Sequence record: MZ475891.1
Length of the DNA: 64,000 nt
Direction: 5' to 3' (one strand)
Part shown: positions 16,991 through 25,786 of the stretch, in pieces
How positions within the stretch are numbered: the stretch's first letter is position 1
How the letters are laid out: every line of letters starts with the position of its first letter
Made by a program: the position numbers and the translations under genes
Notes under the pieces: model-generated
What the model was told of the DNA's origin: nothing
The model's database searches: none
What the model saw: the letters and a program-made list of their open reading frames with translations, nothing else

Positions 16991-17487
16991 ACTTTGTACG
17001 CAGACTTAAAGCAATCGACCAGTTGCCGTTAATCACTGGTCAGTATTACAATGCGCAAGCTATGGCAGAACAATCAGCATTTGGTTCGTGTGCGTTTCAC
17101 ATAACTGATCGTGTGGAGCTTGATGGCATCTCGATGTACATTCGTTTCCGCGCCAATCAGCAACGTCTGTGGATGCATCCTGTTTTGATACTCGCATCAA
17201 TCGACATTGAACATCAGGGCTGCGGTATCTTCACTGAGCTTCTCGCAGAAGCCCAACGCGTATGTCGTGAGAACAAGTGGGTGCTGCAAATTGAGAACGT
17301 GCTTGAACAACGCTTCCGCCGTTTCCTGTTTGATCGTTCGTTCGAAACTATCGGCGTCGATAAAGATTGTGCGCACGGTAGCATGTTCTGGTTCTTTGAT
17401 GAGAAGATCAAAGAAAACGCAACGCAGTTCCAAGCGATGGAAGAAAACATCCGAGAACGCGCCGCTGCACAGAAGGCAACAACATGA
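16987..17487 (+). CDS. GNAT-fold acetyltransferase-like protein
   Basis: LILASIDIEHQGCGIFTELLAEAQ matches acetyl-CoA-binding motif A (Q/RxxGxG/A-like); later LQIENV...FE. Confidence 0.5.
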   Translation: MNFVRRLKAIDQLPLITGQYYNAQAMAEQSAFGSCAFHITDRVELDGISMYIRFRANQQRLWMHPVLILASIDIEHQGCGIFTELLAEAQRVCRENKWVLQIENVLEQRFRRFLFDRSFETIGVDKDCAHGSMFWFFDEKIKENATQFQAMEENIRERAAAQKATT

Positions 17488-17951
17488 ACATTCCATGGTA
17501 CATGATGTTTGCCATTGGCTGTGTGCCTCTTTTCTTCTGCTATGTAACTATGCCGTGGTTTCGCGCTGCTGTCAAAAGACGGTTGCTGTTTAAACCTCGT
17601 GACTACGATTCGGTGCAGGAGATCTTAGACACAGGCATCCCACCTGAGATCTCTATCGAATGCTTGCAGGCTAGCTATCGCAGCAACATGCCTGTCAAGT
17701 ACGCGCAACACATCGACTTCTATCCGCACAAGGAAGGCATCGTGTGTTGTCGCATGAAGTACGACGAGCAATTCCCAATCGCTCGTATATTTAATGGTGT
17801 ACTCGTCGCCAACATCGGACTGCTTGCTCTGCCTAGCAAAAAGATGCCGCGCATCACCATTAACTATTCCACTTATCAAGTCACGGACTTTGATAGTGAT
17901 AATGAGTACCTGCACATTTATCTTCAACATAAGGAAGGCAAGCATGAATAA
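17484..17951 (+). CDS. hypothetical protein with N-terminal hydrophobic segment
   Basis: ATGA overlap; IPWYMMFAIGCVPLFFCYV. Confidence 0.7.
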   Translation: MNIPWYMMFAIGCVPLFFCYVTMPWFRAAVKRRLLFKPRDYDSVQEILDTGIPPEISIECLQASYRSNMPVKYAQHIDFYPHKEGIVCCRMKYDEQFPIARIFNGVLVANIGLLALPSKKMPRITINYSTYQVTDFDSDNEYLHIYLQHKEGKHE

Positions 17952-18996
17952 CGAATCTGCAATGATCGACGAAGACGTTCTCGAATGGCTCGAAGACCTG
18001 ACCCGTCATAAGTTGCTGGACGTGATTGGCTTAATCAACAATCTGATTTTCGTCCATCGTCCTGTTCTCGATCTGCCGACACTCGGTACAGACGAAGATG
18101 TAGCAGCACTGTCGCACGCTGACCTGACAACGTTGTTCCGTCTGGTTGCACCAGAATGCTCTGTTGATACGAACACGCTGAGCAATCTACAACTGCTTGG
18201 GCTTATGCTCAATCAGAAAGGCGTTGTTGTGTTCTCGCTGCCAAACAACAACAGCCCGATTCTAACTGCCCGTACATTCAACGTACCTAATAAGCCGCAA
18301 CGTTTGAGCCCAGCTTCATCTAAGGGTGAGATTGCTACTGCTGTTAGCGCGTGGCTATTCGGTTTGTTCCCGCTTGAATTACGCTCTGACCAAAACGACA
18401 TGCCGCGTGAGAACGGCCTGTACCTTGCCAAAGACGAGCACGAACAAATTCGTTTCGGGCGTTTGTTCCGTAACGGCGCAGAAGGTGATGGCTGGACTTT
18501 CTGCGAAAGCTATTCTGATGCTACAGCTACTTACTGGCATCACAGCGATTCTCCTGTGGACGACGAACTGCCTATGAGTTTGCTGCATAGCTGGCTGCAA
18601 GTCTCTGCAACCACTTCACCAAACGAAGTGCATAACGAAAACGTCAGTGTGCTGGTAACTGACTCGCAGCGCATCTTTGCTTTCCTGCGCAGCCTGAGCC
18701 AACACGTTAAAGCTGAGCTGGTGGCCAACTTTGATGGCGTGCTTAACTCGACACATACCAGTGTTGAATCTATCGGGCGTCTGACGCGTGCTGACTGGAC
18801 AGCCGCTGCCGTAGCAGTAGCAGATGATAAAGACATGAAGGACGGACTTGGCTCATGGGAAGAGCACAGCGCGTGGGATTGTTTCGTGGCTACGCTACAA
18901 AGTCTACGCTTCAATTTTGATACACGGGAATTCGACCCGATGTATGACTATGGGAAACACGACAATGAGACCGATATTGATCGAGGAGACGAATAA
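17944..18996 (+). CDS. hypothetical protein (350 aa)
   Basis: AAGG RBS, overlaps the previous stop. Confidence 0.75.
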   Translation: MNNESAMIDEDVLEWLEDLTRHKLLDVIGLINNLIFVHRPVLDLPTLGTDEDVAALSHADLTTLFRLVAPECSVDTNTLSNLQLLGLMLNQKGVVVFSLPNNNSPILTARTFNVPNKPQRLSPASSKGEIATAVSAWLFGLFPLELRSDQNDMPRENGLYLAKDEHEQIRFGRLFRNGAEGDGWTFCESYSDATATYWHHSDSPVDDELPMSLLHSWLQVSATTSPNEVHNENVSVLVTDSQRIFAFLRSLSQHVKAELVANFDGVLNSTHTSVESIGRLTRADWTAAAVAVADDKDMKDGLGSWEEHSAWDCFVATLQSLRFNFDTREFDPMYDYGKHDNETDIDRGDE

Positions 18997-19003
18997 ACTA
19001 AGG

Positions 19004-19183
19004 ATGGCCTACGCACTGACTGCAATATTTCTATCTTGGCTTGAGCTGAGCATTGCAGTTCGGTATCTCGACTATACACAGATTTTTGATGCGCTGATCA
19101 TTCTGGTTAGCGGTGTGAATCTGGTGATTGCTTTTATCTCGTCACTTGATGAGGTAGACCATATCTTTTCGTGGGAAGATTAA
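19004..19183 (+). CDS. small membrane protein (59 aa)
   Basis: AAGG RBS, two hydrophobic stretches. Confidence 0.6.
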   Translation: MAYALTAIFLSWLELSIAVRYLDYTQIFDALIILVSGVNLVIAFISSLDEVDHIFSWED

Positions 19184-19184
19184 A

Positions 19185-19391
19185 ATGAAAGACATTGTGC
19201 TACACACAGCCCTTTTATTGCCCATGATCGTTGTTAGCTTTTTGACTCTCCATTACATTCGCTTCCTGAGTCTGGGCTACTATATGCTGATCACTATGAC
19301 AGCATTCGTACTGGCCGTGTATGCGTGCAAGCGTCTCGCATCTGCTGTCACTAAAAATCGTTTTAACAAAGTGAGAATCAATCGTGGCTAA
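19185..19391 (+). CDS. small membrane protein (68 aa)
   Basis: two hydrophobic stretches, tight packing. Confidence 0.65.
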   Translation: MKDIVLHTALLLPMIVVSFLTLHYIRFLSLGYYMLITMTAFVLAVYACKRLASAVTKNRFNKVRINRG

Positions 19392-19929
19392 ATCTTTCGG
19401 TGTGTATCTGACGTTCATTCTGCGCCATCGACCGCAAGACATTGGCATTGCAATGGACACCCAAGGCTGGGTATCAGTTCCTGACTTGCTCGAACGTGCT
19501 CAATACAAGAAGCAGCCAATCACGTTAGAGATGTTGCGTGAAGAAGTTGCTACTGACGGTAAAGGCCGCTTCCAGTTTAACGCTGCCCACTCGCGCATTC
19601 GTTGTGTGCAGGGACATTCAGTTGAGCATGTGATTCTTAACCTCAAGCCGTACACGAATCACAATGACCCGCTGTATCACGGAACAGCCAGCAAGAACGT
19701 TGCGTCTATTCTTGCGCAGGGAATTCTTCGCGGTAAGCGTAAACATGTCCACATCGCGACCAACACCGCTACTGCTAAGCAAGTTGGTCAGCGTCACGGT
19801 GAACCTGTTGTGTTTGAGATCGACACGTATGCCATGATTACTCACGGCTATAAGTTCGAACGAGCCGAGAACGGTGTAATTCTTATCGAGCACGTCCCAT
19901 CCCGATATCTAAGGTTGGTAGAGTTATGA
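19384..19929 (+). CDS. kptA: NAD-dependent RNA 2'-phosphotransferase (KptA/Tpt1)
   Basis: ILRH, GWVSV, KGRF, IRCVQGHS, LYHGT, RKHVHIA, VGQRHG, NGVIL. Confidence 0.93.
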   Translation: MAKSFGVYLTFILRHRPQDIGIAMDTQGWVSVPDLLERAQYKKQPITLEMLREEVATDGKGRFQFNAAHSRIRCVQGHSVEHVILNLKPYTNHNDPLYHGTASKNVASILAQGILRGKRKHVHIATNTATAKQVGQRHGEPVVFEIDTYAMITHGYKFERAENGVILIEHVPSRYLRLVEL

Positions 19930-20333
19930 CTGAACAACGAATGAGTTATTGCGGTTCACGTTACATCCGTACATCCTCCGGCAGGTGGTATTTGCTTTTC
20001 GAACGAGCCGCCTGCTTGTGCATCAATCGTCATGGTACCCAGTACTGGCGAGCAGGTACGCAAGTGTGGAAGGATGTGTCTCTCTCAACTCGCGCCACTT
20101 TGGAGAACGAGTTTATCAGTCGTACCCGCAAAGATTTCAGGGAGTCGAAGTCTGCGTACAACAGATGGGGCAAGGTGATTCGTACACTCATTCTAGGTGC
20201 AGGCACTAACGAGCATCTCCACGATTTAGCGTCGATTCTTGAGTCGCTGAGACAGACGCATATAGGACGCAAGCAACAGCAACTGCGCACTACATTGGAT
20301 GAAATAGCTATTCAGTCGAGAACTACCCTGTGA
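19926..20333 (+). CDS. hypothetical protein (135 aa)
   Basis: ATGA overlap with kptA. Confidence 0.65.
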   Translation: MTEQRMSYCGSRYIRTSSGRWYLLFERAACLCINRHGTQYWRAGTQVWKDVSLSTRATLENEFISRTRKDFRESKSAYNRWGKVIRTLILGAGTNEHLHDLASILESLRQTHIGRKQQQLRTTLDEIAIQSRTTL

Positions 20334-20339
20334 TATAAT
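20296..20339 (+). promoter_or_regulatory. phage promoter, upstream-box class
   Basis: TGGATGAAAT at 20296; CCTGTGA-TATAAT with the -10 at 20334 (38 nt offset). Confidence 0.75.
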
Positions 20340-20390
20340 AGCAGCGAACGCTAAACAGTCTCGTTTAGCTACTTACATGAGGATATGTAT

Positions 20391-20492
20391 ATGATTAACA
20401 ACTACTGCCCGTTTCGCGCTGTGATGTACCACGCTTCAATCATCCTTCTCGCCATTTGCTCTGGCGTTGTTTTAGCCCACGCACATTTCTGA
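20391..20492 (+). CDS. 33-aa hydrophobic peptide (below the ORF-track cutoff)
   Basis: GAGGA RBS; MINNYCPFRAVMYHASIILLAICSGVVLAHAHF; its stop overlaps the RBS hairpin of the rSAM gene. Confidence 0.5.
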   Translation: MINNYCPFRAVMYHASIILLAICSGVVLAHAHF

Positions 20493-20498
20493 GGAGAA
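20487..20498 (+). promoter_or_regulatory. SD-in-tetraloop RBS hairpin (4 bp)
   Basis: TTCT-GAGG-AGAA before the ATG at 20506. Confidence 0.45.
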
Positions 20499-20505
20499 TA
20501 TTAAT

Positions 20506-21645
20506 ATGATGCGTAACTTCACGGCAATCCTGCCAGTAACCTGTAATGCCGATTGTTCATTCTGCCCTGAGAAAGAAATGGAGCAGAAAGCTACGAACCG
20601 CCAGTGGCTGACTAACCTCATCTCGCAGATTAATGATCATGCTGGTGAGTTCGACCACGTTTCAATCTCTGGCGGTGAGCCTACGCTCAAGCCAAAGTTC
20701 CTGTTTGAAGTGATCGATGCGATTCGCAATCAAACGGATATCGATAAAGTTGGACTCACGTCTAACGGTCGCTTCCTGAATAAGCAAGACAGCATTTTTC
20801 AGTTTCTTGATCTGAACACAGACGACATGCTGGAAAGCAAGCTGTCCCATCTGAATATCAGCCGTCATTCATTCGATGATGCCAAGAACAACGAGATCAT
20901 GAAAGTGCGTTACACGTACACGCTCGATGATCTTGTGAAGTTTAGACGTCAACTCGGCACGAAGCTGAGCTTCCACATTAACTTCGTTATCAACGAGCAC
21001 AACATCGATAACATTGAGTGGGAGTTTGCACAGGCTAATCGATTCATGATGGAGAATCCGTGGATCGATGTAGTGTTCCGCGTTGACTATGCAAACGAAA
21101 AGCTGAATCGTCGTCTGCGTCGTTACGGCCTGTCTGTGCAAGCGTGGCGTGATGCAACTCGCGGCTCTATTCGTGATGAACGCATAGCGCGTGAGAAGCT
21201 GAAAAAGAAACCCAAACTCGTTCAGTTGTTTGATGGAGTGTTTAGCGGTACAACACAGGACAATGACGGTACATTTACCGATGCGTGTCCAAGCTGTTTC
21301 GTACATCGCAGCCAGAAGATTCATAACAACCACGCGTGGCTAAAAGCGTCCTCGTACGAACCGAACGTAGACGAAGAGGAATACACTGAGTATGTGTTCC
21401 ACATGGACGGCGAACTTTACTACGACTGGTCGCGTGCTGAGCCTGTGCCTGCCGTAGAGAAGAAGCCGCGCAAACACAAAGCCATTCGCATTATCCAGAG
21501 AGAAGTGGAAGAAGATGATATGGATGAAGACATGCCTGCATCTTCTCGTATGGGTTGTCAGTATAGAACTGTCGGATGTTCTTACGGTGAATCAGAATCT
21601 GCTGGTGGCTGTTCATTTAGATCTCCTGGCAGCTGTAGCTTTTAA
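20506..21645 (+). CDS. radical SAM protein with Cys-repeat C-terminal tail
   Basis: CNADCSFC (CxxxCxxC), ISGGEPTL, LTSNG, LNISRH; tail GCQY/GCSY/GCSF/SCSF. Confidence 0.9.
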   Translation: MMRNFTAILPVTCNADCSFCPEKEMEQKATNRQWLTNLISQINDHAGEFDHVSISGGEPTLKPKFLFEVIDAIRNQTDIDKVGLTSNGRFLNKQDSIFQFLDLNTDDMLESKLSHLNISRHSFDDAKNNEIMKVRYTYTLDDLVKFRRQLGTKLSFHINFVINEHNIDNIEWEFAQANRFMMENPWIDVVFRVDYANEKLNRRLRRYGLSVQAWRDATRGSIRDERIAREKLKKKPKLVQLFDGVFSGTTQDNDGTFTDACPSCFVHRSQKIHNNHAWLKASSYEPNVDEEEYTEYVFHMDGELYYDWSRAEPVPAVEKKPRKHKAIRIIQREVEEDDMDEDMPASSRMGCQYRTVGCSYGESESAGGCSFRSPGSCSF

Positions 21646-21658
21646 TTAAGGAAAGATT

Positions 21659-21895
21659 ATGTCAGACCCAAAACCAAAACCAGAAGTAACAAAAGCTGAT
21701 CTCCAACATCTGCTGCACGTAGCAGGTGCGTATGAAGGCAACGACCGCCATCGCTGGTACGCAATGTTCGTCGTGCTCAAACTGAAACGTCAGATGGACG
21801 GTCAGAACCTGCCGCGCTCTTGTGCCAACATTACGCATGAGAGCCAAGACTACGAGATCGAAGAGGCTTGCTACAAGCTGGGGTATTTATCATGA
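21659..21895 (+). CDS. hypothetical protein (78 aa)
   Basis: AAGGA RBS. Confidence 0.7.
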   Translation: MSDPKPKPEVTKADLQHLLHVAGAYEGNDRHRWYAMFVVLKLKRQMDGQNLPRSCANITHESQDYEIEEACYKLGYLS

Positions 21896-22257
21896 AAGAG
21901 CGCCGTAACTATTACTGGGATAGCCCGTTCTATTACGGGCTGATACTCTGGCGTAAGCGTATGCGCAATGTCGTGCTGTTTCTGATTGCTATCTTAATCT
22001 ATCATGGCACGCACGCACCCGTAGTTGAGAACATGTGGATGTGGACAGGCACTATCTTCGGCATTCTCTTTCTCGTCTGCTATATCAAGATGTGGGAATA
22101 CGAGCGCATGATTCTCGAAGCTATGGGGCCGCTGAATAATAACTGCGTTATCGGTGCTCTTAACTTTGAGAGTCTTGAGCGCCGCCATGCTGTTTGGTAT
22201 CGGAAGAAATTTAAATCCGAACCACCTAAGACTAACACGTATTCGAGGGAAAACTAA
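21892..22257 (+). CDS. membrane protein
   Basis: ATGA overlap; hydrophobic segments. Confidence 0.7.
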   Translation: MKERRNYYWDSPFYYGLILWRKRMRNVVLFLIAILIYHGTHAPVVENMWMWTGTIFGILFLVCYIKMWEYERMILEAMGPLNNNCVIGALNFESLERRHAVWYRKKFKSEPPKTNTYSREN

Positions 22258-22619
22258 TGCCACGTATGTTCACACAGACTCATCGCAACAAATATAAACT
22301 GACCGAAGCTGATGCAGACTATCACGGTGATGCCTGCGAAGCTGTCTATCTTGAAGGTATGGAGTTGCTCAAAGAGCTTCACTATCTGAAAGGGCTTCTG
22401 CATGATCGTCACATTGCAGAAAAGCCGATGCCCATTCCTCCTGAGTCTAAGCGTTGGTCAAAGTGGATGGCTTGCACGAAAATGTCCCAGCTTGATGTGC
22501 GATCCACTGACCGTCTGCGCAAGCGCTATCGTCGTGTCATGGAAGAACTCAAGATTGCCCGCGTGTCTTATACGTTGCTTCACACAGCGCGACATGCACC
22601 GGCGGTTGAGGCTAAGTAA
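22257..22619 (+). CDS. hypothetical protein (120 aa)
   Basis: TAATG coupling. Confidence 0.7.
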   Translation: MPRMFTQTHRNKYKLTEADADYHGDACEAVYLEGMELLKELHYLKGLLHDRHIAEKPMPIPPESKRWSKWMACTKMSQLDVRSTDRLRKRYRRVMEELKIARVSYTLLHTARHAPAVEAK

Positions 22620-22900
22620 TGCAGTTTACTTCAAAAGAAGAAATAGACGAAACGTATGCAATGGTTGTTCATGCCATGCTGGCCGCCCTTGTGCCTGACG
22701 ATACTCGCACAAAAGACCAACGCGTTCTCGACTACGTGGCGAAGCACTTAGCGCCCAATAACATTTTTGACAGGGATCTGTTTAGCATTACATTTGAACA
22801 TCGGTTCAAGTTTCAAACAACACACAGGATGATGCGCAATGCTAAAGTAAGCGGCGCACCTTTTCTATATCTAAAGCAGGCTCATAGCCTAAAGAATTGA
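22619..22900 (+). CDS. hypothetical protein (93 aa)
   Basis: TAATG coupling. Confidence 0.7.
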   Translation: MQFTSKEEIDETYAMVVHAMLAALVPDDTRTKDQRVLDYVAKHLAPNNIFDRDLFSITFEHRFKFQTTHRMMRNAKVSGAPFLYLKQAHSLKN

Positions 22901-22910
22901 GGTTAGTATC

Positions 22911-23174
22911 ATGGCAGTAGGTTTCGCCAAAGATGATGACGTGTCCAACACCGTCGAAACAAACGTGCTGAATGAAATCGACCGCGCTCGTTCTGAGTTG
23001 CGTGGCGCTGGTAGTTCGCACTGTATCAACCCTGACTGTGGTGCAGAGATTCCACTCATGCGCCGCGTAGCAATGCCGAACGCTCGCTACTGCGTTAGCT
23101 GTCAAGCACACCATGACGGTACGCCTGCTGTTGGCTACAATCGTCGTGGCTCTAAAGATTCTCAACTGAGGTAG
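22911..23174 (+). CDS. ybiI: DksA/TraR C4 zinc-finger protein, YbiI-like
   Basis: CINPDCGAEIP..RR.A.P.ARYCVSCQ; ends YNRRGSKDSQLR like enterobacterial YbiI as recalled. Confidence 0.85.
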   Translation: MAVGFAKDDDVSNTVETNVLNEIDRARSELRGAGSSHCINPDCGAEIPLMRRVAMPNARYCVSCQAHHDGTPAVGYNRRGSKDSQLR

Positions 23175-23176
23175 TT

Positions 23177-23308
23177 ATGTGCAACGATACCGAAGTACCT
23201 TGTGTGCGATGCACCAAGCCCGCACCTGTTGTTGACTTGGGTGGGCCTTACGGTGATCTGTGTGATGACTGCGTAACGCTGATGCGCGAAGAACAGGAGG
23301 AAGAATGA
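23177..23308 (+). CDS. 43-aa putative zinc-binding protein (below the ORF-track cutoff)
   Basis: MCNDTEVPCVRCTKPAPVVDLGGPYGDLCDDCVTLMREEQEEE; GAGG RBS; ATGA overlap with the next gene. Confidence 0.65.
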   Translation: MCNDTEVPCVRCTKPAPVVDLGGPYGDLCDDCVTLMREEQEEE

Positions 23309-23487
23309 AACTGTCCGAATCTGAATTAGAGTCTTTGCGTTTTCGTATGCGTCTGCGTGAGCAACCCAAGCCGATGCCTGACACGCACAAAATGCCAGAC
23401 AAAAAGTTTGACAGTCATAAGCTGGACAAGTCCACTGATATGACGCTCGGCGATGTTCGCCACCACTTCCCTCCAAAAGGAAATTGA
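23305..23487 (+). CDS. hypothetical protein (60 aa)
   Basis: GGAGG RBS, coupled to the previous gene. Confidence 0.65.
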   Translation: MKLSESELESLRFRMRLREQPKPMPDTHKMPDKKFDSHKLDKSTDMTLGDVRHHFPPKGN

Positions 23488-23488
23488 A

Positions 23489-23821
23489 ATGGAAGAGATT
23501 CTTGATGTTGACAGCAAGATGTATGCTGTCTATGACGGTCACGTTGTTACCAACTATCATCATGAAGGTAGCGGCGTGATGTACATCGAAGACAGCTTCT
23601 GGTTGAGTTTGAATCTGCGCGACGATCTTTTCCCTGCGCCGCCAACTCGTTTGGCGCATTACAAAAATGTACACACGCGTTCTATTGATCGCGTTCGTGT
23701 TAGCACCATTCAAGATATACGCGAATCTTTGTATAAGGTTCGTCACTATATTCGTTGGTTCGAGTATATCTCCGAAGATAAGCTGCAAGGTTTGCAGCAC
23801 CTGTTACGCGAACCTGATTAA
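23489..23821 (+). CDS. hypothetical protein (110 aa)
   Basis: AAGGA RBS. Confidence 0.7.
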   Translation: MEEILDVDSKMYAVYDGHVVTNYHHEGSGVMYIEDSFWLSLNLRDDLFPAPPTRLAHYKNVHTRSIDRVRVSTIQDIRESLYKVRHYIRWFEYISEDKLQGLQHLLREPD

Positions 23822-23918
23822 AGGTAACGCTCATGTGTCTGCTAGTCAATTTCCTCAAGGACGAGGGTACGATGCGTATCTGTAAACGTTTACAACAACC
23901 CAACTAAAGGTAGCGATC

Positions 23919-24284
23919 ATGATTTCTCGAATCAGTAATCTCCTCTTTGCCGAATCAATGTCCGTTGAGCAGTTAGCGCAGGCATTGCGTATTCAAAACT
24001 TCAACGCGACTGTTCGTGGTGAGTTCAAGTTGGTTGCTGGCACTAACTCCAGTGGCTATATCACTTCTGCACTGTCAAGTCCTGTCGAAGTGCTGCGCGA
24101 CCTGAAAGGCGTTCAGACTTTGAAAGATGCAGGCTTCTCTGACCCTGACATTGCACTCGCTCTCGGCATCGACCGTTTGCGTCTCAAGAAAGTTTATAAC
24201 GAGGCACGCAAGAGCAAAAAGAAGCCTGTTGAGCCGGCTCCAGTGCAGCGTACCTCTAAAGCAATTTCACTCGACGATCTGTAA
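23919..24284 (+). CDS. putative helix-turn-helix protein (121 aa)
   Basis: LKDAGFSDPDIALALGI and MSVEQLAQAL. Confidence 0.55.
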   Translation: MISRISNLLFAESMSVEQLAQALRIQNFNATVRGEFKLVAGTNSSGYITSALSSPVEVLRDLKGVQTLKDAGFSDPDIALALGIDRLRLKKVYNEARKSKKKPVEPAPVQRTSKAISLDDL

Positions 24285-24294
24285 GGAAACAATC

Positions 24295-24999
24295 ATGACA
24301 AGTAAATTTGAAAAGTCAGATGCATCTACTCGCCGCGCCGAACTGCTGGTGCTGATGTGTGAGATCTACACTTCGCTGCGTGACCAGTCGTTGTCTGAGT
24401 CAGAGACAAAAGCCTTTGCGTTGTTCAAAGACATTATGGATTTGGCTGACGTGCGTACCGTCGATGCCGTGTTCTCTGAAATCGAGCACGAACTGGACCC
24501 TAAAGTTGAAGGTCTGCTGAATTATGTCCACAGAACGTTTATGATGCATGACACTTTGTGCAAAACTGAGGCAGAAGCCGCAGCAAAGCTCAAAGCCGAG
24601 GAAGCGCGTGAGCATGTACGCAAACACACGTACAAACCGCCTGTGGAAAAGCTCATTAGTAAAGAGCAGATTACCGAACTGTGTGCAGGCTTGACTTCAT
24701 ACGTTGAGCGCGAAGACGTTCGACCCAAAGTCAACGTCGATCTTATCGATGATATCCTCGAATCATTGGATAAGAACTACACGTTCATCGACACGCTCGA
24801 TCTGTCCAATCATCTTGAAGGTGAAGATCTGAAAACTGCCGTCAAGCTGATTGAAGACGCAGTGACTGAAAGCCATCAACCACTGAAAGAAGTCATGGAC
24901 ACTATCTGGTGCCACATGGCTAAACGCGATTTGCCTGCCGTTGACTTCTTTGACCAATACGGCAATGCCGAAGATGAGAACTATGCACTTGCACCTTAA
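24295..24999 (+). CDS. hypothetical protein (234 aa)
   Basis: AAGGA RBS. Confidence 0.75.
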   Translation: MTSKFEKSDASTRRAELLVLMCEIYTSLRDQSLSESETKAFALFKDIMDLADVRTVDAVFSEIEHELDPKVEGLLNYVHRTFMMHDTLCKTEAEAAAKLKAEEAREHVRKHTYKPPVEKLISKEQITELCAGLTSYVEREDVRPKVNVDLIDDILESLDKNYTFIDTLDLSNHLEGEDLKTAVKLIEDAVTESHQPLKEVMDTIWCHMAKRDLPAVDFFDQYGNAEDENYALAP

Positions 25000-25180
25000 A
25001 CGTTATTGGCGGGCACTCATTGTGTTGCTCGTCGTTTTCATCATTAGTTGTTTGCTGCCCATTCTTGAAGTGCGCAACCCAACACTGACTCTTATCGTGG
25101 TCGTGATTGTTGCCTGCTACTTCATTGCAGTCTGGGCATACAAACCTGTTAAAGCAATTAAGGAAGAGTTGGATGACTAG
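24983..25180 (+). CDS. small membrane protein (65 aa)
   Basis: two hydrophobic segments. Confidence 0.6.
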   Translation: MHLHLKRYWRALIVLLVVFIISCLLPILEVRNPTLTLIVVVIVACYFIAVWAYKPVKAIKEELDD

Positions 25181-25730
25181 TCGTAAGAACGAAGTCAAGT
25201 TGACTGACGCTGAGGTAGCAGCAGGCGCACGGCAGATACTTGAGATGCTGGTGAGTATGCGTCTTAGTGCTCATCACCAAGATGTCGGATATGAAACGCT
25301 GTATACCGATTCTCTTGGTGAGACGCAAGGCGGTTGGTACGTTGCATTCGACAGCTTGAGCCGTACTCGACTCAAAGAATCCAAAGCTGTGTCGTGGCGC
25401 AACGTCGGCATGGTCTCGGGTGATTCGCTCGAAGATGTTCTCACAACGCTGCGAACGCTCCGCCGCGATATGTCCAATCGCGTACATGCGCCCACACCAG
25501 AAGAGCGTGAGCGTGTACTCAACTTGCGTGATAGCAACATACGCAACGCACTGACTAAGTTCCACAAGGGTGAGTCGCTGTCTGATGGTGAACTCAACCT
25601 GAGCATTAAGCATTTTCAGTCGTTAGAGAATGCGCTTCGCGTAGATGAGTTGTTGCAACTTGCAGCACCCTACATTACTCAGAATCTCAACGTGCTCTTA
25701 GGATATAAAGAAGCACGCCGTCGCAAATAA
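25173..25730 (+). CDS. hypothetical protein (185 aa)
   Basis: overlaps the previous stop; ends before a terminator. Confidence 0.7.
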   Translation: MTSRKNEVKLTDAEVAAGARQILEMLVSMRLSAHHQDVGYETLYTDSLGETQGGWYVAFDSLSRTRLKESKAVSWRNVGMVSGDSLEDVLTTLRTLRRDMSNRVHAPTPEERERVLNLRDSNIRNALTKFHKGESLSDGELNLSIKHFQSLENALRVDELLQLAAPYITQNLNVLLGYKEARRRK

Positions 25731-25735
25731 CAATC

Positions 25736-25766
25736 GGGAGATCCCTAACAAGGGGTTTCCCTTTTT
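25736..25766 (+). terminator. intrinsic terminator
   Basis: GGGAGATCCCT-AACA-AGGGGTTTCCC followed by TTTTT. Confidence 0.8.
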
Positions 25767-25786
25767 GCATTTCTGGAGCAAATTTT

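Noticed and set aside
20506-21645. Viperin, QueE or NrdG assignment for the radical SAM protein
   Set aside because: The sequence around CxxxCxxC and the overall length do not match these families as I know them; left as unassigned radical SAM.
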